DNA from: Epithemia pelagica
Taxonomy: Eukaryota > Protista > Bacillariophyta
Assembly: GCA_946965045.2 (NCBI GenBank)
Contig: OX337235.1
Location: 1,488,001 to 1,552,000, forward strand
Direction: 5' to 3'
DNA length: 64,000 nt
This document shows positions 63,898 to 64,000 of this stretch, piece after piece. The notes beneath the pieces were generated by a model. The model searched no databases. It saw only the letters and a program-made list of their open reading frames with translations, and had not been told where the DNA came from. Positions within the stretch are counted from its first letter, which is position 1. Each line of letters begins with the position of its first letter. The position numbers were made by a program, and so were the translations under genes.

Positions 63898-64000
63898 ATG
63901 CACAGTCAATTACATTACCAGATTTACATTATACTATCCCTGTGATGCCAAGATTTCGCATCACTGCCTACCAGGCAGATAGAACATAGTGCGATTTCGC

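Overview
Gene-dense eukaryotic window, most likely from a diatom or related stramenopile (inferred from short GT-AG introns, Gln/Thr/Asp low-complexity runs and the gene families present). Housekeeping genes include Vps41, phosphatidate cytidylyltransferase, UTP5/WDR43-like, an M16 insulinase, a USP deubiquitinase, U2SURP, RPS10, a FabI-like reductase, a NAA10-like acetyltransferase and tRNA-Ala(CGC). The main accessory feature is an apparently intact 8.3-kb tyrosine-recombinase retrotransposon (24411-32702) with Ngaro/PAT-type split direct repeats (A1-ORFs-B1-A2-B2). It shows two possible recoding signals: ORF1 and pol share a frame and are separated only by one UGA, and the recombinase frame has no AUG ahead of its catalytic core. 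Two unrelated PD-(D/E)xK nuclease genes (nuclease-kinase and ATPase-nuclease) each sit between long direct duplications of a neighbouring host-gene end, with repeat periods of about 2.75 and 2.8 kb. Also present are a circularly permuted inverted duplication of a small Gly/Cys-rich gene, a 96-bp insertion with a 15-bp target-site duplication and its empty site, and three members of an unassigned membrane-repeat family. All assignments come from motif recognition by eye; no database searches were run.
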